The notes: generated by a model not told the origin, from the sequence alone. Numbered from the stretch's first letter, positions 28,979 through 37,831 are shown. The stretch: DNA of 60,486 nt from an uncultured virus (IMG/VR IMGVR_UViG_3300025098_000017) (IMGVR_UViG_3300025098_000017); one strand, 5' to 3'. Program-made: numbers and translations.

Positions 28979-29992
28979 TTGTCCAACTCAATCTATAGAT
29001 ATCCTTTAAATCCTCCTGTGTCCGACCAAGGCAATGCTGGTGACCTGGAGTCTCCAACAGAGTTTATTGACTATCTTGCTATGAGAAGATATGCTATCAA
29101 TTATAATGATAGCGATTCAAACTATTATGGATTAAATCTTCCTGGCAATAAAGTTAGTAAAATTCACAGAAATGAGAGGGTTTACTTAGCAATCCCAAAT
29201 CAGATTCAAACTCAATACCAACCAAACTACAGACAAGTAGATATTGGTGTTGCTGGAGTTGCAGCAGCAGGATTGATGAATAGTGGCGGTAATATGGATC
29301 AAATAGTTGAAACTATTCAAGGTGCAGCAGCTGCTGCTTTACCTGAGTTTGCTTCTGCAGCAATTGCAAGTTCAGCATCAAATATAAATCAGATGTTGGG
29401 TCTTGCAGGTAATATTGATGCTAATGCTTTACAGGCATTGACAAAAGGAAAGGTATTTAACCCATTTACTGAGCAATTGTTCAGTAATATGTCCTTCCGA
29501 ACTCATAACTTCTCATTCAAGTTTTTTGCCCGTAGTGGAAGAGAGGCGCAAGAAATTTTTAAAATTATAAACTATATCAAATTTGGTTCTGTTCCCATCA
29601 TTGGTGGAGCGGATGCTGACGAATTTAACACCGATGATAGTGGTGGAGATAGTAGTGAAAATAATCAAAACTTTGAACAGCTCTTCGCGACTGATGGTGC
29701 CCGAAGAGCTCGTTCTGCACGGTATTTTGAAGTTCCTGACAAGTTTGAACTTTCTTATAGACGACTTAATGCAAAAGGTGACTTCGCAACGGGTGGATAC
29801 CCATTACACCATAGAATCAAGGATTCTGTATGTGCAGGAATTCAAGTAAATTATACCCCTGATGGTTCATATAACGCTTTCCGTCATTTATTGAGTGGGC
29901 AACCTCAAATCATGGTTCCCTCAGTTGCCGTCAATTTGACATTCATCGAAACTTCAATTATCACTCAAAAAGATATTACAGCAGGATACTAA
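28979..29992 (+). CDS. gp48: baseplate tail-tube cap gp48
   Basis: YRYP, VYLAIP, NPFTEQLF..M.FR.HNFSFKF, P.KF.L.Y, VNYTPDG, LTF.ET; TTG start. Confidence 0.8.
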   Translation: MSNSIYRYPLNPPVSDQGNAGDLESPTEFIDYLAMRRYAINYNDSDSNYYGLNLPGNKVSKIHRNERVYLAIPNQIQTQYQPNYRQVDIGVAGVAAAGLMNSGGNMDQIVETIQGAAAAALPEFASAAIASSASNINQMLGLAGNIDANALQALTKGKVFNPFTEQLFSNMSFRTHNFSFKFFARSGREAQEIFKIINYIKFGSVPIIGGADADEFNTDDSGGDSSENNQNFEQLFATDGARRARSARYFEVPDKFELSYRRLNAKGDFATGGYPLHHRIKDSVCAGIQVNYTPDGSYNAFRHLLSGQPQIMVPSVAVNLTFIETSIITQKDITAGY

Positions 29993-30942
29993 TGGGTTAC
30001 TTTAATCGCTTACCAGATACTTATATCGCTGAGGGCACATCAACGGATGAGGATTATAAGTATCGCTTAGTTAAAAATATATTCCGAAGAGCAGTTACCA
30101 TTCCAAATTTGAATGAGTATATTACTCTTTTTGAAAGTTACTCACTACGTGATGGTGAAACGCCTCCAACAGTAGCATATAGACTATTGGGTGATGCAGA
30201 ATTAGATTGGGTTGTGTTGTTAGTAAATAATATTATTGATGTATATGAAGAGTGGCCAAGAAGTCAAGCAGAATTACTAACTACAGTTCAACAGAAATAT
30301 GGTGATTCTGACGCGATACATCATTGGGAAACTAATGAAGTATTATTCAACAACATTGTTTTTGTTAAAGAAGGAACAGAAGTAAATGAATCCTTTAGAG
30401 TGGTCTTTCCTGATGGAACGACAAAATCAAAAGAAGAGTCGATATATCCAGTAACTAATTATGAACATGAAGATTATTTGAATGAAGTTAAACGTCAGAT
30501 TCTAATACCAAATGCAGAGATTGCTGACTTGATTGTTGAAGAATTTGAGGACATAGTTCAGTATCAACCACACTCAGAGTTGAATGATAATAATGTAAAG
30601 CAGACAAAACTGAGTATTGCTCAAAAATTCATCAATAGAAAGAGTTCTGCTACTGGTAGTGCATCTAGAACTACGGGTGTTGCACCAGTAGTCGATACTT
30701 TTGACTTTGGTTCTACATTTGGTGCTTCAGTTATCAGCACTGGGTCAACAGGTGCTGTTGTAACAACAACAACATCAACTACTACAATTGCAGGTGTTCA
30801 GGTTGTGAATCCTTCACCAAGTCCTACACCAAGTCCAACTCCATCACCTACACCAAGTCCTACACCTTCCCCAACACCATCACCTACACCTAGTCCAACA
30901 CCATCTCCAAGTCCTTCACCTTCTCCTTACGGTGGATACTAA
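29992..30942 (+). CDS. gp53: baseplate wedge subunit gp53 with C-terminal Pro/Ser/Thr extension
   Basis: YF..LP, VKNIFRR, LysM-like GETP..VA...GDAELDWVVLLVNNI, HHWET, VTNYEHE..LNE.KR.I. Confidence 0.85.
   Translation: MGYFNRLPDTYIAEGTSTDEDYKYRLVKNIFRRAVTIPNLNEYITLFESYSLRDGETPPTVAYRLLGDAELDWVVLLVNNIIDVYEEWPRSQAELLTTVQQKYGDSDAIHHWETNEVLFNNIVFVKEGTEVNESFRVVFPDGTTKSKEESIYPVTNYEHEDYLNEVKRQILIPNAEIADLIVEEFEDIVQYQPHSELNDNNVKQTKLSIAQKFINRKSSATGSASRTTGVAPVVDTFDFGSTFGASVISTGSTGAVVTTTTSTTTIAGVQVVNPSPSPTPSPTPSPTPSPTPSPTPSPTPSPTPSPSPSPSPYGGY
30811..30927 (+). repeat. coding tandem repeat (PSPT/PS)n, 39 aa
   Basis: PSPSPTPSPTPSPT...PSPSP with degenerate synonymous codons. Confidence 0.9.
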
Positions 30943-31123
30943 TCCTAACGAAGATTACATAACTATAGACATAACAAAAGACGGACTTGCACTTATGTAC
31001 AGGTCCGTCTGTTTTCATTTGGATAAATGGCCTGGCGGCGATGCTTATGAGCAACAAGACCTCATGTTACTGAAAGACAACTTATTTCGTCTTATGTTAG
31101 AGAGTCAATTTAGAAAACCCTAG
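30932..31123 (+). CDS. hypothetical protein
   Basis: 63-aa ORF; SVCFHLDKWPGGD..EQ pattern; exact start uncertain. Confidence 0.6.
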   Translation: MDTNPNEDYITIDITKDGLALMYRSVCFHLDKWPGGDAYEQQDLMLLKDNLFRLMLESQFRKP

Positions 31124-31129
31124 AGACCG

Positions 31130-31160
31130 AAAAATTGGCGGGGATTTTTTCCGCCGTTTC
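31130..31160. terminator. hairpin at the convergent gene junction
   Basis: GGCGGG-GATTTT-TTCCGCC hairpin between converging + and - genes, with an A-tract on the left. Confidence 0.45.
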
Positions 31161-31189
31161 AGGGAATCAAAAGTCGAATTTCGTTTTGG

Positions 31190-31474
31190 TCAATGTATTT
31201 CAATGTTTAGGAAGGGAACTCTTGGGTGTCGGTGATACCTATACTCATGATGTCCCCTGTGATGATTGCCATGCTTTCTATGAGGATGGTAATGATATGA
31301 ACCATCTCCATGCCAATGATAGTGACGATGCCTCGGAGGGTGATGGTAATGTTTTTCAATATACACATCACGATACGCTCTTCGATTTGACCTATCGCCA
31401 ATGCTTTCATGATGCGCTAGTGCGGGTGAAGCACTAGCGATGAGCATTAGGGTAGAAAGTATAGCAACTCTCAT
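31190..31474 (-). CDS. secreted histidine-rich small protein
   Basis: Signal peptide ending PALA; about 20 His in the mature region; TGATG-coupled to gp32. Confidence 0.65.
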   Translation of the reverse strand: MRVAILSTLMLIASASPALAHHESIGDRSNRRAYRDVYIEKHYHHPPRHRHYHWHGDGSYHYHPHRKHGNHHRGHHEYRYHRHPRVPFLNIEIH

Positions 31475-32406
31475 CAGTCTTCCTCATCAACAAGTCGTTG
31501 GAACATTGATAGAGTATCATCATCACCCTCTACAGGAGATGCTGCGACTGCTTTTTGACGGAAGTCAGAAACTTCTGCACCCCAGTTTTCTACTGGTTCG
31601 GGTTTAACAAACACTTCCTCTTCATCCTCACGAATGGTAGGAGCAGATGCATTAGAAGTCTTACCGAGAACCAAATTCAAACGTGCTGTAAGTTGCTCAT
31701 AAGACTTGAAGTTCTTAGCATCTTCAAACTCTGCAAGAGAGTATCCTTGACCCCAGATTTCTTCCAGTTTATCATCATCGAAGTTCTCAAGAGTGCTAGG
31801 TGCAGCAAACTCAGACTTGTCATAGTTCCAGTAACCTTCGACCTTACGAATCTTCAGTTTGAAGTCAGCACCTTTCCAGAAGTTGAAAGGATCGAGAGGA
31901 GACTCGTCTGCAAATGCAGGTTGCATTGCTTCAGTCAGTTTGTCAAAGATCTTCTTACCAAAACGATAAAGGAAGACACGACCTTCATTCTCAGGATGAG
32001 CAGGATCACTCACAACATAGATGTTGGAGTAGTAAGAGAGTTTACGTTTCTGAGCACGAGCGATCTCCTTATCGCTATCACGACCACTGTTCCACAGTTG
32101 GCGATTCATTTCACCGACAGGATCATCCTTACCAAGAGTGGTGAGTGAGTTCTCGATGTACCATTGTCCACCAGGACCTTTGAATGCGTGACTCCAGACC
32201 TTTGCCCAAGGCATCTCCTCTCCATCAGGAGCAGGCAGGAATCGGATAACAGCATAACCATTGCCAGACTTATCCATCTCTGGTTTCCAGAAACGTTCGT
32301 CAGCAGAAGAACCAGCAGCAGGCTGATTCAGTTTGTCAATCTCTCGCGTCAGTTTAGCGAAGGTATCACCCTTGCTTGACGCTTTCTTGAGACTTGCAAA
32401 AGACAT
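31474..32406 (-). CDS. gp32: single-stranded DNA-binding protein gp32
   Basis: DERFWKP..DKSGNGYAVIRFLPA...HAFKGPGG.WYIENSLTT; acidic C-terminus. Confidence 0.97.
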   Translation of the reverse strand: MSFASLKKASSKGDTFAKLTREIDKLNQPAAGSSADERFWKPEMDKSGNGYAVIRFLPAPDGEEMPWAKVWSHAFKGPGGQWYIENSLTTLGKDDPVGEMNRQLWNSGRDSDKEIARAQKRKLSYYSNIYVVSDPAHPENEGRVFLYRFGKKIFDKLTEAMQPAFADESPLDPFNFWKGADFKLKIRKVEGYWNYDKSEFAAPSTLENFDDDKLEEIWGQGYSLAEFEDAKNFKSYEQLTARLNLVLGKTSNASAPTIREDEEEVFVKPEPVENWGAEVSDFRQKAVAASPVEGDDDTLSMFQRLVDEED

Positions 32407-32457
32407 TTAGTATTCTCCGTATTGAGTGTGTGTAGTTGTATTGTTTGCTACCCTGTA

Positions 32458-32486
32458 AGGATAGCATAGTATTTAGTCGGCGTCAA
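32458..32486 (-). promoter_or_regulatory. sigma70-type promoter TTGACG-N17-TATCCT with late motif CTAAATA nested in the spacer
   Basis: Read directly upstream of the gp32 leader. Confidence 0.6.
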
Positions 32487-32805
32487 CCTCCCTCTGTGCC
32501 GCTTCTTCAAGTGTCTGAATCATTGCGTCCATACACTCCAAGAGGTTTGCGTATCCGAAAGCATTTGCCAAGGCATTGATTCTAGTTTTCATGTCAGATG
32601 CCTCAGCATCTTCAGTAGAAGACAAAGACAATCGACCATAGAATGTTTTTTGCTTATCGATTAGATTTTTACATTGCTCGATATGATCGAGTCGTTCTTC
32701 CTTGTTCATTGCATTCAGTCTACTAGTGACTCCTGCAATCTCTTGATAGGTTTTGAAAATATCCTGTAAGTTATCTTGTACCTGTTCTGATTTAAAAAAA
32801 CTCAT
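32473..32805 (-). CDS. DUF1825-like cyanobacterial/cyanophage protein
   Basis: MSFFKSEQVQ...LIDKQKTFY.RLSLS..D..A. Confidence 0.65.
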   Translation of the reverse strand: MSFFKSEQVQDNLQDIFKTYQEIAGVTSRLNAMNKEERLDHIEQCKNLIDKQKTFYGRLSLSSTEDAEASDMKTRINALANAFGYANLLECMDAMIQTLEEAAQREVDAD

Positions 32806-33401
32806 AGTTTTGTCCTTATGACTGTTAATATTTCCCTTTTATACTTGACACAATCAACTTTTAAAAATGGTTGGTACTTAAGTACTCTCTTTCGTATGTC
32901 TTTCCAGATGGGGTCTTTTAAGTGCTTATCAAATTGATTGATATACCCCAAACAAGTTTCAAATATAACTAGGGTTTCTAAGTTTATCTCTCCTGAAAGA
33001 TAGTACTTCAAGAGAGATGGATGTTCTCCTTCTCGAACTTTAAAAATTTTATCAAACTTATCTTGATAAGGAGATTCATATTCTTCTAACAAAAGATGCA
33101 CATCCTGTCTAAATTTATAACAGAATGACTCTTGATTTACTTTCCACCTCTCATAATTATCGATGGAGAATGATTGAATGTATCCTTTAGGGTCATGCAT
33201 AAAATTTGCGACAAAGTAATCTTGGATAACATGATCCTCATACTTTGCCGCTAGTTTCTTGAAGAAATATCGGTCGCGACGTTCTTCAAATGATTTTTCA
33301 GAGGCAGATACTTTGCCTCTGTATTTTACATAATCATAAGAGTCTTTAGTGAAGTGCATCTTTAATGCAAGATACATTTTATACACTTCAAATCCTGTCA
33401 C
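32802..33401 (-). CDS. gp59: loader of DNA helicase gp59
   Basis: YKMYLALKMHFT...YDYVKY.GK...F..R.D.YFF.KL; synteny gp33-gp59-gp32. Confidence 0.85.
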   Translation of the reverse strand: MTGFEVYKMYLALKMHFTKDSYDYVKYRGKVSASEKSFEERRDRYFFKKLAAKYEDHVIQDYFVANFMHDPKGYIQSFSIDNYERWKVNQESFCYKFRQDVHLLLEEYESPYQDKFDKIFKVREGEHPSLLKYYLSGEINLETLVIFETCLGYINQFDKHLKDPIWKDIRKRVLKYQPFLKVDCVKYKREILTVIRTKL

Positions 33402-33649
33402 AGTGGCAATACTCCTTTAGATGTTTTCTTCATGTAGTTTAACGTTTCTGCTTCATGCCGCAGACGTTCTTTAAGTGGTTTTGAAATTAACTTTGAGATA
33501 GTTTCCAATTCAATCTCATTCTCTTGACAGTATGTTAATACTGCTTCGATGTATGAAATCAAACCTCCACTTGTTTTCACTAGAGTTTCAATCTCTTGTG
33601 AAAACTTTGTAGGAGTTAGAAACTTTTCCTCTGGTTTTTGTTCAGGCAT
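33398..33649 (-). CDS. gp33: late transcription coactivator gp33
   Basis: FSQEIE.LV....SYIEAVL.YC.EN.IE.E...KLIS.PLKE.L..EA..LN; start reassigned to ATG 33649. Confidence 0.85.
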   Translation of the reverse strand: MPEQKPEEKFLTPTKFSQEIETLVKTSGGLISYIEAVLTYCQENEIELETISKLISKPLKERLRHEAETLNYMKKTSKGVLPL

Positions 33650-34325
33650 TTGTGTGTCCCCTAACAAATTCTTCAATATAGGATTTGAGTAAGTGTAGAT
33701 AGTCATCAAGATTGTACTTCTGAAATACTTGAATAGTTCCCTCTTCAGTGGCGATAAGTGTGACAATTTTTTTTACCTCAATACCTGAACGTTCGAGGAA
33801 CATTGCTGCGTATGCAGTCTCTTGAACAAAATAGTTCTCGATGTATTCCTCTTTTTTTTCTTTAGTTGAAGTTTTGAAATCGATTACTGCTAATTCACCG
33901 TCGAACTCAGCAATGCAGTCAACACGACCAGCAAGACCAAGATAATGTGAATACAAAAAGGTTTCTAGACAATGGATGTTGTTGATACGGTTCAGCTCCG
34001 ACTTTGCTGACTGAAACATTCTAACAGATAATGGGTTATTTTCCAAGTACCTATTAAGATCTAGTTGTCCTTTGATATAATCTTCGGTTATTGCATGGAA
34101 AGCAGTACCTCTTTGAGTTGCTCTAGCAGTAATTCGATTCGCCTCGTTTTCACCAATTTTATTACGCCACTTTTTAAAGAAGGCTGCACTCTTGAAGGAT
34201 GTGATTGAGGTTACACTCGGATAGTATTTATCTGCTCCAGGGATTGGATAAAATCTAGTACCATCTCTTGTCACAGGTTCAACCTCAACATGTTCGCTGA
34301 GGTTTACATCAATAAAATTAAACAT
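33642..34325 (-). CDS. PD-(D/E)XK exonuclease
   Basis: YPSVTSIT, RGTAFH, AGRVDCIAE..G.L.VIDFKTS, Y..Q..AY. Confidence 0.85.
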   Translation of the reverse strand: MFNFIDVNLSEHVEVEPVTRDGTRFYPIPGADKYYPSVTSITSFKSAAFFKKWRNKIGENEANRITARATQRGTAFHAITEDYIKGQLDLNRYLENNPLSVRMFQSAKSELNRINNIHCLETFLYSHYLGLAGRVDCIAEFDGELAVIDFKTSTKEKKEEYIENYFVQETAYAAMFLERSGIEVKKIVTLIATEEGTIQVFQKYNLDDYLHLLKSYIEEFVRGHTNA

Positions 34326-35086
34326 TAAAAACCAAGATTGTGTTTAGTGAGAAGGTACGCTTTAACTAATCCAGAACGAACGATGTCATCAATACCAAAC
34401 TCAACGCAAGTAAACTCACGCATCTGCTGAAGGATTTGAATAAAATCAGACACTCCATTCTTTTCATTACTCTTAACTAAATCCGATTGTGTAATGTCAC
34501 CACAGAACATAATCTTAGAGTCCTCACCGATGCGAGTAATCATAGAATCTAGTTCATGAAAGTTGAGATTCGAGAACTCATCGACAATAACAATGGCATT
34601 GTCAAGAGTAACTCCACGGATAAAAGAAGTAGACCAAAATGAAATAGTCTCTTGCGCTCGGAGGTTGTCATAAAGCATGTCGAATGAATTGTCATCAGGC
34701 ATACTAAACATATACCTTACCATATTTTTGTATGGAATTTGGTACAGTGCTGACTTATCTTCATGGTCTCCAGGAAGGAAACCAATCTCTCTTGTAGGTA
34801 CAAGAGACCTCACAATGTATATCTTATCATAAGGTGTGTGTTCGTCAAGCACTTCTTGTAGAGCAAGGTAGAGAGTGATGAAAGTTTTACCAGTACCTGC
34901 AGCACCATGAAGTAAAATATTCTGCCCTTGCTCATAACTATCAAATACTGTCTCCTGATTAGGAGTCAATGGTCTGATAGGAACCATGTAACTCTTATCA
35001 AGAGGTTTCTTTCTTTTAATCTGCTTCGCACTCATGTTAGAAGGAACAGGATTGCTAGTAGTGTTTCTCTTTCTTGCTCTTGCCAT
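34325..35086 (-). CDS. phoH: PhoH-family ATPase
   Basis: GAAGTGKT Walker A, IGFLPGD, FIRGVTLD, DE, GD..QSDL, DIVRSGLV. Confidence 0.95.
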   Translation of the reverse strand: MARARKRNTTSNPVPSNMSAKQIKRKKPLDKSYMVPIRPLTPNQETVFDSYEQGQNILLHGAAGTGKTFITLYLALQEVLDEHTPYDKIYIVRSLVPTREIGFLPGDHEDKSALYQIPYKNMVRYMFSMPDDNSFDMLYDNLRAQETISFWSTSFIRGVTLDNAIVIVDEFSNLNFHELDSMITRIGEDSKIMFCGDITQSDLVKSNEKNGVSDFIQILQQMREFTCVEFGIDDIVRSGLVKAYLLTKHNLGF

Positions 35087-35087
35087 A

Positions 35088-35318
35088 TCAAGTGAATCTA
35101 CTAAGGTTTGCTCTGGGATGTGCTTTCTGGACCTTGGACATTACTTCCTTGAATCCATCAGACTGTTTAGGATTGCCGTAGGTAGTACCCGCGACACCTG
35201 CGTGCCAATCTTTATCCCAATCAGGATTGTCAGTTTTCCATTGCTCGTATTCGGCAACAGTCTTGCGAAACTCTTGTTTTTCGCCAGTGACCTTATTTAT
35301 TACGTTATATAAAGGCAT
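35088..35318 (-). CDS. conserved hypothetical phage protein
   Basis: MPLY...N..TGE..E...Y.QW..DNPDW; tight packing upstream of phoH. Confidence 0.65.
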   Translation of the reverse strand: MPLYNVINKVTGEKQEFRKTVAEYEQWKTDNPDWDKDWHAGVAGTTYGNPKQSDGFKEVMSKVQKAHPRANLSRFT

Positions 35319-36028
35319 TAATCAATCCTCAATGCTGGTTGAATACAGTTACAATCGTCTAGATGTTCTGGACATCCACAATCACCCTCAGGACACCACT
35401 CAAGCGCCTCAGAGATGATTGGGAACTGACAGATGAAATGCTGCTTGGCAGCAATTGCAATGTCTTGGTGCTCCTTCTGGGTGCCGTTGGAGGAACGCAG
35501 TTGGATGTAATGGATCCAATTCCTGAGATTGCCAGTCATGTACATTTTTGTCCCTACGCATAAAGGAAGCACATTTCTTGCACATTCCTTTGCAATACCA
35601 GAGTCAAGCATATCTTGATATAGTTGCATTCCTTCTTTGAAGTGATGCTGCATCAAGATTTCATACTTCTGCCTGGTAAATGGGTCAACATCGTTAATAG
35701 AGTTCTGACGATTCTTGGTGTCTTGTCGCCTGAGTTCTGGGAGAGCGATCGTCTCCGCGAGTAGGGAAGAATCAGCATACCGTTGTGAAAACTCTTGAAA
35801 TGTAAATGACCTATGACGCAACACCTGAGCTGCGATTGCTCTTGTAGTATGAATTTCAAGAGTCATAGTCGCTTGCTCAAACACAGACCAATGACCATGC
35901 TTAATACAATACTTTAATAGTCCAGAAATTTTAGGGTTCTCCTGATTTGCTGGATTGCTAACGCGAGCAATGTATCCAATTGTTTTCTCTGCCTCAGGAG
36001 TAACAGAGATCAAACATACTTTAGTCAT
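35318..36028 (-). CDS. thyX: flavin-dependent thymidylate synthase
   Basis: HWSVFE, QVLRHRSFTFQEFSQRY signature, ECARNVLP, NLRNW; start at MTKVCL. Confidence 0.95.
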   Translation of the reverse strand: MTKVCLISVTPEAEKTIGYIARVSNPANQENPKISGLLKYCIKHGHWSVFEQATMTLEIHTTRAIAAQVLRHRSFTFQEFSQRYADSSLLAETIALPELRRQDTKNRQNSINDVDPFTRQKYEILMQHHFKEGMQLYQDMLDSGIAKECARNVLPLCVGTKMYMTGNLRNWIHYIQLRSSNGTQKEHQDIAIAAKQHFICQFPIISEALEWCPEGDCGCPEHLDDCNCIQPALRID

Positions 36029-36266
36029 TCTTATCAATAATAATACGGGCAAATAGGTATAAACCAAGTGACTTTAAGTAACCAATACTAGAAAGTCCAA
36101 AGATACCTGGCATTAACATGTTCCATAATAGCATAAGAACCAGAGGTTTGGTAAAGAAAAAGATGGTCGCAACAATAACTGCTGCCCCATCTTCTTTATT
36201 CTTTTGTAGAATTTGTTCTGCAGTAGCCTCTTCAGTTTCTTCTTTACTGAAACGGTATACTGTCAT
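36021..36266 (-). CDS. hypothetical membrane protein
   Basis: Hydrophobic segments, LLWNMLMP.IFGL..I.Y. Confidence 0.6.
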   Translation of the reverse strand: MTVYRFSKEETEEATAEQILQKNKEDGAAVIVATIFFFTKPLVLMLLWNMLMPGIFGLSSIGYLKSLGLYLFARIIIDKND

Positions 36267-36724
36267 GAACGTCCTCCCCAATTAATCTGAGGAAATGCTT
36301 CTTGAACAACTGCTTTTGTAATACGCTTGTATTCTTTATTAAGTTGTCCATCCTTGACAAGAACTAAAAGTTCTGCTTCTTCATGAGCAAGTCCTTCTAA
36401 AAGTTGGACGAACATCGACTCTCTTTTTAGAGTAGGTAGTTTAGCACCACCTTTAAAGAAACGATATAAACCACGATACTGTTGCTCTAATCTTGTATGG
36501 TCAGTTCCAGCGGGTGCATCATTAGGTGTAAATGGAACATCACCCTCAGGTAGTAATGAAATTACACTCTCGTCAAAGTTGATAATCAACAACTGTCTGA
36601 GAGCGGGGGTATTGTATTTACGAAGCAGAGAAATTTTCTCTGCTTTTGTTTTTGCGTTGGAGACCTTTCTCAAAATCTCACTTAACAGCAACCTTGCGTT
36701 ACTGTTTTCCATAGTCCGTGGCAT
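36263..36724 (-). CDS. conserved hypothetical T4-like phage protein
   Basis: LLLSEIL.KV...LLPEG.VPF.PN...KRESMFVQLLEGL...EAELL. Confidence 0.7.
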   Translation of the reverse strand: MPRTMENSNARLLLSEILRKVSNAKTKAEKISLLRKYNTPALRQLLIINFDESVISLLPEGDVPFTPNDAPAGTDHTRLEQQYRGLYRFFKGGAKLPTLKRESMFVQLLEGLAHEEAELLVLVKDGQLNKEYKRITKAVVQEAFPQINWGGRS

Positions 36725-36740
36725 AATTAACTCCTTTTAA

Positions 36741-36983
36741 TCATTCTTCAAGTTCATCATCAAAATCCCAGTAACGATTTGCTGGTCTAATAAAAATCAA
36801 CTCATCTTGTATAATGTTACCATTTTCATCCAACATTTCTGGATGGGTAACAGATTTTGCGTATGCTGCATTTTCTATGTAGTCTTCGACGTAACCCTTT
36901 GCTAACCAGGAAACTGTAATTCCTAAAATAAATGCTCCGATTACTCCTAGTACGACTAATGCAATTAACATGGTTTCCTCCAT
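36741..36983 (-). CDS. hypothetical membrane protein
   Basis: N-terminal TM helix, HPEM.DENG motif. Confidence 0.6.
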   Translation of the reverse strand: MEETMLIALVVLGVIGAFILGITVSWLAKGYVEDYIENAAYAKSVTHPEMLDENGNIIQDELIFIRPANRYWDFDDELEE

Positions 36984-37051
36984 TTATTATTGGCGTAAAA
37001 AAGTGTTGTCTGGAAACCAACCTCCCGTTTATGAACTGAAATTATTTAGTA

Positions 37052-37288
37052 TCAAATCAAGTTGTTTTCTCGGAGATACCGTACAGTTTCTGTACATCCT
37101 CCCAACTTAGCACTTCCCCTTAACACTTGAGGGAATGTACTTCCAGCACCAAACTTTTGATAGAACTCTTCACGAGTAAAGTGAGTATTCAATTTCATCT
37201 CACTGAAAGAAAGATTCTTTCCTTGTAAAACTTGTTTTACTTTTGTGCAGTAAGGACAACCACTGCGAGTATAGATTTGAAAATTCAT
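37052..37288 (-). CDS. nrdC: glutaredoxin
   Basis: CPYC active site, TFPQV, LGGC. Confidence 0.92.
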   Translation of the reverse strand: MNFQIYTRSGCPYCTKVKQVLQGKNLSFSEMKLNTHFTREEFYQKFGAGSTFPQVLRGSAKLGGCTETVRYLRENNLI

Positions 37289-37302
37289 AATACCTCTAGA
37301 AT

Positions 37303-37326
37303 AAAAAAGGGACTCCTAAGAGTCCC
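37303..37326 (-). terminator. rho-independent terminator
   Basis: GGGACTC-TTAG-GAGTCCC followed by T6. Confidence 0.8.
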
Positions 37327-37383
37327 ATGGGTGTTCCGACTTTTGTAGAGACCGCACGAAAGGTCTCCACATTATTTAGTCAA

Positions 37384-37755
37384 TCAGAAGGAATACTTCA
37401 GACCCAACTTCGTTCCGTAACCGCGATCGACATTGCTGTCGCCGCTACCAACGAAGGAGACTTCGCCATATGCGCCCAGAGCATCGGTCAAACCGATACC
37501 AAGACCTGCCTTACCAGAAGGAACAGTGTCGCTCTCGCCACCGTCAGGGGAGACTACAGTAGCGCCGCCTTGGACGTAGTACGAAGCGGACTCACCCAGA
37601 GCGCCTTCGTAACCTACGTGAAGGTCTGTGGCGGTTCCGTTGTACGAAGAACCAGTGAATCCTGAGTTTGCTTCCACGTTGACGTAGGGTCCTGCGAAAG
37701 CGGCACCAGCGGATGCGAACAGAGCAGCAGTTGCTGCGAATACAGTTTTGATCAT
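37384..37755 (-). CDS. small outer-membrane beta-barrel-like protein
   Basis: Signal peptide (AAFA|GPYV), alternating beta strands, C-terminal GLKYSF (terminal Phe typical of OMPs); start at ATG 37755. Confidence 0.7.
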   Translation of the reverse strand: MIKTVFAATAALFASAGAAFAGPYVNVEANSGFTGSSYNGTATDLHVGYEGALGESASYYVQGGATVVSPDGGESDTVPSGKAGLGIGLTDALGAYGEVSFVGSGDSNVDRGYGTKLGLKYSF

Positions 37756-37831
37756 TGAAAAATTACCTTTAAGTATATCTCGTGGAGTATCCCACGGATG
37801 AAAGAGAGCTCGACTTGCTCTCGTTGGATTA

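Noticed and set aside
30811..30927. Possible CRISPR-like or VNTR array
   Set aside because: No spacer structure; degenerate codons of a Pro/Ser/Thr peptide repeat. No CRISPR array was seen anywhere in the window
31555..32148. 197-aa plus-strand ORF
   Set aside because: Antisense shadow of gp32 with no independent signals; the same applies to most short antisense ORFs in the track
33642..34325. Cas4/CRISPR-associated interpretation of the exonuclease
   Set aside because: Lacks the Fe-S cysteine set and any array; ordinary core T4-like exonuclease beside phoH
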